Shown here piece after piece: positions 50,288 to 58,490 of a stretch of DNA of 64,000 nt. The stretch spans positions 117,289 to 181,288 of the forward strand of contig CAIKBL010000042.1 of the NCBI GenBank assembly GCA_903825645.1. Direction: 5' to 3'. Source of the stretch: an uncultured Pseudomonadota bacterium. GTDB taxonomy: Bacteria > Pseudomonadota > Gammaproteobacteria > Ga0077536. The position numbers were made by a program, and so were the translations under genes. Numbering within the stretch: the stretch's first letter is position 1; the number at the start of each line of letters is the position of its first letter. Below the pieces are notes generated by a model, which saw only the letters and a program-made list of their open reading frames with translations, did no database searches and had not been told where the DNA came from.

Positions 50288-51231
50288 CGCTGCGCCGCCA
50301 GTGGCAGGCCCGGAACGGGGCTGCGCACATGAACCACATAGTCACTCACCACACTGCCGATGTAGAGATCGCGCATATCCGGGCCACCCCAGCTGACATT
50401 GGTTGGACTGCGCATCAGCACGCCATCGGGATCACTCAGCATCGTCACCACCGTGCCGGCGGGCGTGATCGCGACCACCTTGTTCGACATCACCAGCGTC
50501 ACCCAGAGATTCCCGTCCTGGTCGAACCCACAGCCGTCGGTGGCGCCCAGTTCGCTTCGCAGCGCCGGCGTCAGCGGGCGGCGATCTTGGACCTCATGGT
50601 GCGACAGGCCAAGTTGTGGTCCGTAACGCTCGGGCGCGCCCAGACTGCCATCCGCCAGAATCGGTAACCGCACCACATCGCAAGCCGACGTCTGGCACAC
50701 GAAAAGGTTTTTCTCTGCGGCGTCGAAGGCTATCCCGTTGGCGAATTTTAGGCCTTCGGCGAGCACCGTGGCTTGGCCATCGCCGTCATACCGAAAGATG
50801 CTGCCGTCATCGAGCCCATCGAAGGCGGCGCTGACGGGGCCGAAGGTCGAATGTGAGCACCACACGCGCCCGCGCGAATCGACAAGCGGATAATTCGCGC
50901 CGAAAAGCGCGCGACCGTTAAGCGCAGCGCAGAGCGTCGTGACTTCCCCGGTGCGGGGATCAAGACGTTGCAGGGGACCGACACCGTCTTCCGGTCCACC
51001 GAAGTTCGCGATAAGCACCCGTCCCTCGAGATCGAGATTGATGCCGTTGGGGGCACCCCCGGCGCGGCCGACACGATCGATACCGCCATCGGGTCGTACT
51101 CGGGCGCAAGCGCTGGCCTGGTCGGAAATCCAGACCGTGCCATCCCGCGCGACGGCCACATCTTCCGGCCGTTTGACCCCGACGCCGACCTTACGGCAAT
51201 CGGTAAGCCTGAGCGTTTTGAGTAGGCTCAC
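50284..51231 (-). CDS. SMP-30/gluconolactonase/LRE-family protein (six-bladed propeller lactonase-type hydrolase)
   Basis: 315 aa. Repeated propeller-blade motifs (PEDVAVARDGTVWISD, PNGINLDLEGRVLIAN). Confidence 0.8.
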   Translation of the reverse strand: MSLLKTLRLTDCRKVGVGVKRPEDVAVARDGTVWISDQASACARVRPDGGIDRVGRAGGAPNGINLDLEGRVLIANFGGPEDGVGPLQRLDPRTGEVTTLCAALNGRALFGANYPLVDSRGRVWCSHSTFGPVSAAFDGLDDGSIFRYDGDGQATVLAEGLKFANGIAFDAAEKNLFVCQTSACDVVRLPILADGSLGAPERYGPQLGLSHHEVQDRRPLTPALRSELGATDGCGFDQDGNLWVTLVMSNKVVAITPAGTVVTMLSDPDGVLMRSPTNVSWGGPDMRDLYIGSVVSDYVVHVRSPVPGLPLAAQR

Positions 51232-51261
51232 ACGGGGCTCCTTAGGGTTCGTGTCCGGGTT

Positions 51262-52032
51262 TTAGGGGTAATGGGGGGTGCGTTTCTCGCGGAACGCCGC
51301 CACACCCTCGGCAAAATCAGCCCCGGCCCGCACACGATCGCCCTGTGCCTGTTCGGCCGCCTCACGCGCCAGGGTGGCGAGCGCGACGCCCTCGCTGACA
51401 TGCTGTTTGACAGCCTGCACGGCGACCGGGCTGTTGGCCGCGATGACGGTCGCCAAATCGATCGCCCGTTGGAGCAAGCTATCCGCCGGGACTATCTCGT
51501 TGATGAGTCCAATGCGCAGCGCTTCGTTAGCGTCAATCATCTCAGCGGACAGGATGAGTCGCATCGCGTGCACATAATTAATCTGGCTGAAGAGCTTGGC
51601 AGTTGCCCCGCCGAAGGGGTAAATACCCCACTTGACTTCGGGCAACCCAAAGCGCGCGTGCGGCGCTGCAAACCGGATATCGGAGGCCAGCATGAGCTCT
51701 ACCCCGCCGCCCGCACACACGCCATTAATGGCGGTGATGATGGGTTTCGGATAAGCCGAGGTCTTCAGCAACGAGCGGTTGACCATGCGCGCGGTCTCCT
51801 CGCTGGCGCTCAAATCGCCGCTAATATCGGCCCCCGCGTTGAACGCCTTGTCACCGGCACCGGTTAACACGATGCAGCGACAGCTGGAGGTTTCAAGCTG
51901 ATCCCACAGCCCACAGAGCTCGGCCATCATCGCCCTGCTCATGGCGTTGCGTTTGGCCGGATTGTCGATGGTGAGCAGGGCGACGTGTGGGTGCGGAAAG
52001 TCGATCAGGATCGGCATACTCGAATTCCTCAA
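51262..52032 (-). CDS. enoyl-CoA hydratase/isomerase (crotonase) family protein
   Basis: 256 aa. Oxyanion-hole region LTGAGDKAFNAGADI. Confidence 0.85.
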   Translation of the reverse strand: MRNSSMPILIDFPHPHVALLTIDNPAKRNAMSRAMMAELCGLWDQLETSSCRCIVLTGAGDKAFNAGADISGDLSASEETARMVNRSLLKTSAYPKPIITAINGVCAGGGVELMLASDIRFAAPHARFGLPEVKWGIYPFGGATAKLFSQINYVHAMRLILSAEMIDANEALRIGLINEIVPADSLLQRAIDLATVIAANSPVAVQAVKQHVSEGVALATLAREAAEQAQGDRVRAGADFAEGVAAFREKRTPHYP

Positions 52033-52156
52033 AAGATGGGTCCAATCAGGACCGCGGCTGTCATTGCTGTGCGCCCGCCCCAGCCTGCTGGCGGGGGCGT
52101 CGAACCGGACGCGCAGTTTACACGCAAGTCCGGGCGCTGTTCGAACCTCGACCGGC

Positions 52157-53335
52157 TTAGCCGATCGCGCCTGCCTGGGTCAACGCGGCGATGTCCTGTG
52201 CCGTCCCGCCAATCGACTCCAGCACCTCGACGGTATGTTCGCCCAAGGCCGGCGAAGGTCGCCGGACCGTGCACGGCTCGCCGGCAAAAATGGCGGGCGC
52301 CCGTGCCTGGCGCATGCGGCCACCTTGCGGGTGATCGTATTCGATGATGCTGTCGCGATGACGCACGCGCGGATCCGTACAGACTTCATCCAGCGAATTC
52401 GCTTTGGCACACGGCACATCTTCCTCCAGGAGACGGGCGATGAGTGCATCACTCCCGAGATGCCGAGCCGCCTGCTCAAAGGCCGCGTGCATATCCGAGT
52501 AATTGGCAAAGCGATCTGAAAGGGACTTGAAGCGCGGATCGCCCAACAGAGACTCCAGGCCGAGGGCCCGACAGGCGCCGGCGAACTCCCCGTCACCGAC
52601 GATGATGATCATGATGAACCCATCGGCCGTGCGAAGCAGTCGATAGAACTCAGCGATCGTCGGCTTATTGGTCACCCCTTCGGTCCCGACAAAGCCATGG
52701 TTCCAGAACACTTCGGGCCAGAGGAAGGCAAGACTGGCATCCAGCATGGAGAGTTCAACATGATGTCCGCCCGCCCCACGGGTACGGGCGAACAGCGCGG
52801 CGGTGATCGCCTGCGCCGCGGTGAGCGCCGCGACCTTGTCGCTGGCGATGGTTTTCATCAGCGCCGGATCACCACCCGTGCCCTGGGCCGCCGCAAATCC
52901 TGCGACACATTGAATAACGGGATCGTAGACCCGTTGTCGGGCCCCGGGGCCGGTAGCGCCGAACCCGGAAATCGAGACATAGATGAGATTGGGGTTCACC
53001 TGGTGCAGCGCCTCATACCCGTAACCCGCCCGTTCAAGCGCACCGGGCCGAGAATTCTGTACAAACACATCCGCCGATTCGATCAGCCGGTAAATCCAAG
53101 GGCGTACCGCGGCGCTCTTCAGATCGACCGCCATCGAGCGCTTGTTCCGGTTCATGTAGGCACTGTAGGACGAGACCCCACCGCGGGTACCGCCGACATG
53201 CCGGGACGGATCGCCCGAACCTATCGGCTCCAAGCGAATCACGTCCGCCCCTTGATCGGCGAGCATGCCGACCGCCATGGGTCCCGAGGCATTGCTCGTC
53301 GCGTCGATGATCCGGATCCCCGTTAATGGCTCCAT
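52157..53335 (-). CDS. CoA-transferase family III (CaiB/BaiF-like)
   Basis: 392 aa. GIRIIDATSNASGPMAVGMLADQGADVI N-terminus typical of family III. Confidence 0.85.
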   Translation of the reverse strand: MEPLTGIRIIDATSNASGPMAVGMLADQGADVIRLEPIGSGDPSRHVGGTRGGVSSYSAYMNRNKRSMAVDLKSAAVRPWIYRLIESADVFVQNSRPGALERAGYGYEALHQVNPNLIYVSISGFGATGPGARQRVYDPVIQCVAGFAAAQGTGGDPALMKTIASDKVAALTAAQAITAALFARTRGAGGHHVELSMLDASLAFLWPEVFWNHGFVGTEGVTNKPTIAEFYRLLRTADGFIMIIIVGDGEFAGACRALGLESLLGDPRFKSLSDRFANYSDMHAAFEQAARHLGSDALIARLLEEDVPCAKANSLDEVCTDPRVRHRDSIIEYDHPQGGRMRQARAPAIFAGEPCTVRRPSPALGEHTVEVLESIGGTAQDIAALTQAGAIG

Positions 53336-53444
53336 GCTGACCTCTTTTCAGATGTGTAGACGGGGCTGCAGAATCGCGCCCCTTGCAATTGAACAGCACA
53401 TTAACCGCGCCTCCGCCGGAAGGCTAGCCACCGGCGGCGCTGAC

Positions 53445-54539
53445 TCAGGCGGCTTTCGCAATCTGCTGATTGATACGCGGCATGACTTCTTCGGCCATGA
53501 GACGCATCGAGTGGCGCATCGCGGTCCGGTCCTGCCAATCATGGGCCGCGTAGAGGAGCGTCCCGAAATCGCCGACCCGATCGCGCAGGCCTAAAAGCTT
53601 GGCGGCCACCGTCTCGGGACTGCCGTAAATGACGCACGCGTCGCGAATCTGCTGGTGATCCAGCTGCCTCGGATCATCGCCTTCCCGGGCGACGAAAGGG
53701 GCACGGTAATTCGTACGATCGAAAATCTTGAACAGATAATCGAAATAGTAGTCGTACGCGCCGCCCGGCGCCCGCACAAACGCTTCGGCTTGCGCGTCGG
53801 TGTCCGCCACGAAAATGCTGCGGGCGACATGCCAATCCGCGGACTTCGGTGTGTAGCCGGTACTCGCGGCGCCCGCGAGGTAGGTAGGCCAATGCGTCTT
53901 CAGGACCCACTCGGCAATAAAATTCGCGGAGACCGGCATATAGCCGTGTGCGCCCGCATAGCGGATGGAACCCGAGGATGGACTCATCGCCGACATGGCA
54001 ATCGGCGGATGCGGCTGCTGAAGCGGCTTCGGCACATACCCCATCTTGATGTCATGGTGGGTCCATTGGGTCATGTCGCTCGACCAGTACTTGCCCTTGA
54101 GCTGATACGGGGGATCCGTGGTCCAAAGCGCCAAGATTTGCTGCAGGGACTCCTCGACCATTTCGGTGCGGTTCTGACCCATCACGCCGAAGAGCTCGAA
54201 ATCCGAAGGCAGACCGCCCGGGCCCACACCCATGATGAAACGCCCCTGGCTGAGGTGGTCAAACATCGCCGCCTGGCCGGCGATCACGGCAGGATGGTAT
54301 TGCGGCAGACACATCACCCCGGTCGCAAATTTGATTTGCTTGGTCCGTGCGATGAGATTCGCGTGGAACAGGAGCGGGGAGGTGATTTGCTCGACCGCTG
54401 CCGAGTAATGTTCGCCCACCCAGGCTTCGGTAAAGCCTAATTCATCGGCGTACACCACCGCCTCGACATCGTCCTGCAGCGTCTGGTGATAGGCGCTGTC
54501 TGCGTGATGCAGCGGCATCATGAAATACCCTAAGTGCAT
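53445..54539 (-). CDS. LLM-class flavin-dependent oxidoreductase
   Basis: 364 aa luciferase-like (LGFTEAWVGEHYS). Confidence 0.8.
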   Translation of the reverse strand: MHLGYFMMPLHHADSAYHQTLQDDVEAVVYADELGFTEAWVGEHYSAAVEQITSPLLFHANLIARTKQIKFATGVMCLPQYHPAVIAGQAAMFDHLSQGRFIMGVGPGGLPSDFELFGVMGQNRTEMVEESLQQILALWTTDPPYQLKGKYWSSDMTQWTHHDIKMGYVPKPLQQPHPPIAMSAMSPSSGSIRYAGAHGYMPVSANFIAEWVLKTHWPTYLAGAASTGYTPKSADWHVARSIFVADTDAQAEAFVRAPGGAYDYYFDYLFKIFDRTNYRAPFVAREGDDPRQLDHQQIRDACVIYGSPETVAAKLLGLRDRVGDFGTLLYAAHDWQDRTAMRHSMRLMAEEVMPRINQQIAKAA

Positions 54540-54596
54540 AAAGATCCTCCGCGCACGACCTCGTGCCTGATTGATGAAAAGTCCCGCTCCCCGGCC

Positions 54597-55289
54597 TCAG
54601 ACATGGAACGACGCCCACGCCTCCAGCGGTGCGCGCTCGGTACGCAAGCTGTTTTCGACGGCCGCCGAATCCTCGTAGCCGAGGGAAAGCCCGCACAGTA
54701 CCTGCTCGTTATCCGGCAATTGCAGACTCGCTGCAATCACCCGTTGAAACTGGGCAAAGGCAAACTGCGGGCAGGTGTGCAACCCGCGCGCACGCGCCGC
54801 CGTCATGAGATTACCCATAAAAAGACCGTAGTCCACCCAGGCGGCATAACCGAAACTGCGATCGACGGTAAAAATCATGCCGACCGGGGCATCAAAAAAC
54901 TGGAAATTGCGCGCGTGCTGCGCGTGCGTCCGGGCGTGCTCACCCTTGCCGATCCCCAACAGGCCGTAGAGATCCCAACCGACCTTGCGACGCCGGTCAA
55001 GGTAGGGCGACACCCATGCCGAGGGATAAATCGAAAATTCGCTTTGATGTTGGGGCAGCGCCTCAGGATCGTTGAAGACCTGAAGGATGGCGCTGGAGAG
55101 GCGCGTCTTGGCCGCCCCTGTCACCACGTGTACCAGCCAGGGCTGGGTATTGGTGCCCGACGCCGCACGGGCCGCCACCCTCAGTAATTCCTCGACCGTC
55201 GCCTGCGGCACGGGGGTCGGCAGGAAGGCGCGCACCGAGCGCCGGGAAATGATGGCCTCATCAACCGGATTGGGGGCAGCAGCGTCCAT
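54597..55289 (-). CDS. nitroreductase-family protein
   Basis: About 230 aa from MDAAAPNP. IISRRSVRAF and SGTNTQPW motifs. Confidence 0.75.
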   Translation of the reverse strand: MDAAAPNPVDEAIISRRSVRAFLPTPVPQATVEELLRVAARAASGTNTQPWLVHVVTGAAKTRLSSAILQVFNDPEALPQHQSEFSIYPSAWVSPYLDRRRKVGWDLYGLLGIGKGEHARTHAQHARNFQFFDAPVGMIFTVDRSFGYAAWVDYGLFMGNLMTAARARGLHTCPQFAFAQFQRVIAASLQLPDNEQVLCGLSLGYEDSAAVENSLRTERAPLEAWASFHV

Positions 55290-55356
55290 GCAGTCTCTCT
55301 CAAGGCAAGGGTCAAAGGGCGGTATTGTAGTCACAATCCACCCCGCCGAGCGCCAC

Positions 55357-55368
55357 ACAACGCGTTGT
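55357..55368. promoter_or_regulatory. perfect palindrome ACAACGCGTTGT upstream of the long minus-strand operon
   Basis: 12-bp self-complementary site about 70 bp upstream of the nitroreductase start. A second arm-palindrome ATTGTagtcACAAT at about 55324..55337 shares ATTGTAGT with the marR palindrome half-site. Confidence 0.3.
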
Positions 55369-55536
55369 CGCATTGACACTTGGTCGCGAGTGAAGAATTA
55401 TCCGACACCGCCTGCCCAAATCAATCCTGGTGCGAGGAGACGTCCACGCCGAGGCGACTCGGCGGTGGAGGTGCGCAGCGGACAGCCCGTTCAATGAAAA
55501 GCCCGAGCATTCGGGCATTCTGGTGGGAGACTGGGG

Positions 55537-56127
55537 ATGTTCTTCAAGGTCTATGACGATCTCGTACCCGAGTGGCTGCAAGCGCATTACCAGTTATCGA
55601 TACTGGGCCGATCCGATGGTCATGCCCTGCACCCCACCGTTGATTTTCGCTGCAAGTACGAGGACACCGCGTTGGATAGCCGTGGAGAGCCCCCCATGTC
55701 TTTCTATCACGTGCTGAAATCCAGCGCGGCCAACTCGGTGCATTTCGATAGTTTTTATGAAATCCCGCGCTTGTTCTGCCGCGCCGAGAACCTCGTGCTG
55801 CAAGAGCTCCTGGCCGCGCGCATTTACTTGATCATGCCGTACGCGACGGAATTGCGTCACTATGCGCCGCATATCGACTTTCCGGTACCGCACACGGTGC
55901 TGCTCTACTATGTCAATGACGCGGATGGCAACACTGTGTTTTTCAACAAGAAAAAAGAAGTCGTCGAGGAAGTCCAGCCGAAAAAAGGCCGACTGCTCGC
56001 CTTCGACGGGACGGTCTACCATGGTGGGGGGATCCCCCGGACGGGTCCGCGCTGCGTGGTCAACTACAACCTCATCTGCCATGCCCGGCCACCGCCTGGC
56101 CAGGCCCCGAATCCCGCCGCCCGGTAG
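55537..56127 (+). CDS. small putative Fe(II)/2OG-oxygenase-like protein
   Basis: 196 aa. Candidate HxD (YAPHID) and distal His (VYHGGG). GC content visibly lower than neighbours. Confidence 0.4.
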   Translation: MFFKVYDDLVPEWLQAHYQLSILGRSDGHALHPTVDFRCKYEDTALDSRGEPPMSFYHVLKSSAANSVHFDSFYEIPRLFCRAENLVLQELLAARIYLIMPYATELRHYAPHIDFPVPHTVLLYYVNDADGNTVFFNKKKEVVEEVQPKKGRLLAFDGTVYHGGGIPRTGPRCVVNYNLICHARPPPGQAPNPAAR

Positions 56128-56277
56128 TGCCTTGCGCGGCGGAGGGCATAGCTACCCGGGTCATGCCCCAAATGCACTACCCCAATCGGGGATGCCGCCG
56201 CTCTCGCCGTGTTGCTAGTGTCGGACGCTGATGGTTGCCGAAGAGCGATCACACAGAGCCCCCGAAGAGTGACAACA

Positions 56278-57249
56278 ATGACAGCAGGCACCACCACGCC
56301 CGAAGGTCGGCTGCGCTACGGTCTCCAACAGGGAGATCCCGTGTGGCTGGCCTTTTCCCGCGTTGGCGGCCGACATCTCGGCGCCATCGCGGCCCTTATT
56401 CTAGTCCCGGCCAGCGGCCCGCTCGTGACATTGCTGCTGGTCAGTTACCTCCTGCGGATCTGGGCGATGGAAGCGGTGTATCACCGTTATTTCTCGCACG
56501 CCGCCTATCGGGCCGGCCGCCTCACCCAGTTTTTGCTGGCACTATGGGGCACACAATGCGGTCAGCGCGGCCCGCTGTGGTGGGCTGCCACCCATCGTGC
56601 CCACCACCGTTTTGCGGATCTGCCGGCAGATCCGCATTCACCCCGCGCAAAAGGTTTCCTGCACGCCCATGCGCGCTGGCTGACCGACGGGCGTTGGCTC
56701 TCCACGGATCTCGACGTCGTTGCCGACTACGCCCGTTTCCCGGAATTACGCTGGCTGAACAAGTACTACTACGTGCCACTTTATCTCGCCGTCCCCGCAC
56801 TCTATGGCATCGGACAGGCTGGTTGGTTGGGACCACACATCTCGGGGCTTGCGGCCGTTTTATGGGGCGGGTTCCTGCCGACTACACTCGCGCTCCACAT
56901 GACTTCATTCGTCAACTCACTGGGGCACCTACCGAGTTTCCCGGGTGGCTATCGCCGTTATCCGACCCTCCGGGATGATTCCATGAACCGACCGATCTTG
57001 GGCCTCGTCACCCTCGGCGCGGGCTGGCACAACAACCACCACCGTTACAGCGCAGCCGCCCGCACGGGGTTCGCCTGGTACGAAATCGATGGGGTGTATT
57101 GGTCTCTTCGTGCGCTGCAGGCGGCCGGCGTCATTTACGGGCTGAAAGGCGTAATCCCAGACGCCATTCTCCGCGAGGGCGGACTTGTATCCACCAAGCA
57201 GGCCACGCGGCTGCATGCAAAACCGGGCGCATCAGCCGAAACAGGTTAG
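56278..57249 (+). CDS. acyl-CoA (Delta9-type) fatty-acid desaturase, membrane di-iron
   Basis: 323 aa. Three histidine boxes HRYFSH, HRAHHRF, HNNHHRY. TM segments. Confidence 0.85.
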   Translation: MTAGTTTPEGRLRYGLQQGDPVWLAFSRVGGRHLGAIAALILVPASGPLVTLLLVSYLLRIWAMEAVYHRYFSHAAYRAGRLTQFLLALWGTQCGQRGPLWWAATHRAHHRFADLPADPHSPRAKGFLHAHARWLTDGRWLSTDLDVVADYARFPELRWLNKYYYVPLYLAVPALYGIGQAGWLGPHISGLAAVLWGGFLPTTLALHMTSFVNSLGHLPSFPGGYRRYPTLRDDSMNRPILGLVTLGAGWHNNHHRYSAAARTGFAWYEIDGVYWSLRALQAAGVIYGLKGVIPDAILREGGLVSTKQATRLHAKPGASAETG

Positions 57250-57369
57250 ACGGCAGACACCCGGCACCCGGGCTATCAAAACTCGGAGAGGGAAGAAGAA
57301 CTCTCCATCACAGCGCCGGCTATAATCGCTTTTCGCAAAAAGTGGCACCCAGCCTGTGCAGCGCGTCGT

Positions 57370-58161
57370 TCAGACAAGCGTGATGTTGATCCCCGCCAGC
57401 CTGAAATCCCGGGTGCCGCACGACAACCCGTAGCGCGCTGCGGTGGCGAGGATGTCCGTCATCCGGCGAGTCGCGAGAGAAAGACCCACGAGCGCGTCCG
57501 CGCGACCCGATGTTTGCGGCAGGAAATGTAGCCGGGCGTTCTCCAGCGCCAACACGGGGTGGCCCGTCTCTTTCAGCAACGGACGCACCGTTACGGCCGC
57601 CCAGCAGGCCGCCACTTTGTCCGGATCGGTGCACGCGATCGCGGCCGCCGCGATGCCCTCGACCCAACCTTTCCCCGGCGCGGCCCGCCAGTCGGAACCT
57701 GCCGGCATCCAGGGACCGTCCGGCGCCTGCGCGTGCGGGCCAAGCTGCTCGTCTATTTCCAGAAAGCTGCCGCCGGTGTCCCGGGGATGCAGTTGCATAT
57801 GGATGAACTCAGTCGTTTGAAAACTGTGCACGGTGCGCACCCCCAGCGCACTCGCCCGCGCACGGTAAGGCGCGTGTGGGCCGCATTGGGTGATGACCAT
57901 ATAGCCACCCGGTCCGCCCTGGCGCGCGAGTTGGCGGGCGCCGGCGCAATCTGCACGGACGGGCGCCACGATTTCAATGAACTGGTGGCCAATCGAAAAG
58001 AGCACATTCTCGAGCCCGAATTCCGCGACGGCCGGGTCGCGATGACACACCGAAAGCCCGAGCACGGCCTGAAACAGATCAATTAATGGCGGTAGGGCAG
58101 GTGCGAGTAGCGCTATCTGACGAAGTCGCAACCAAGCGGGGGAAGGAGGAGTGTCCGTCAT
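57370..58161 (-). CDS. glyoxalase-like (VOC) domain protein
   Basis: About 264 aa. Weak VOC-fold pattern. Confidence 0.45.
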   Translation of the reverse strand: MTDTPPSPAWLRLRQIALLAPALPPLIDLFQAVLGLSVCHRDPAVAEFGLENVLFSIGHQFIEIVAPVRADCAGARQLARQGGPGGYMVITQCGPHAPYRARASALGVRTVHSFQTTEFIHMQLHPRDTGGSFLEIDEQLGPHAQAPDGPWMPAGSDWRAAPGKGWVEGIAAAAIACTDPDKVAACWAAVTVRPLLKETGHPVLALENARLHFLPQTSGRADALVGLSLATRRMTDILATAARYGLSCGTRDFRLAGINITLV

Positions 58162-58208
58162 GCGTCGTTCAGGCACGACAAGAGGCAGCCGCCCGCGGGC
58201 ACCCGCGC

Positions 58209-58457
58209 CTAGCCCCCTTCGAGAAGCGGCAGGAAAAACACTTCGCTCGTCGGCCCGATGGGCTCGAGCAGGGGATCTTGATAAATCTGCCCGTCAATCG
58301 CGACGGCGGTGCGGATCGCCACGCCCTCGGCGAAACCGGGATAACGCTCATCGAGGGTATCGATGAGCGTCTGATAATCCGCAGCGTCTACCTCCAGGGT
58401 GATCACCCCATCGGTATAACGCCGCGCAAACGCGGGCTGCAGGATAACGGTCGCCAA
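58209..58457 (-). CDS. MoaD/ThiS-family ubiquitin-like sulfur-carrier protein
   Basis: 82 aa ending in Gly-Gly (…LPLLEGG). Confidence 0.7.
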   Translation of the reverse strand: MATVILQPAFARRYTDGVITLEVDAADYQTLIDTLDERYPGFAEGVAIRTAVAIDGQIYQDPLLEPIGPTSEVFFLPLLEGG

Positions 58458-58490
58458 AGCGTGCTCCCTGCAGCCCGATCAGGGCTAGCC

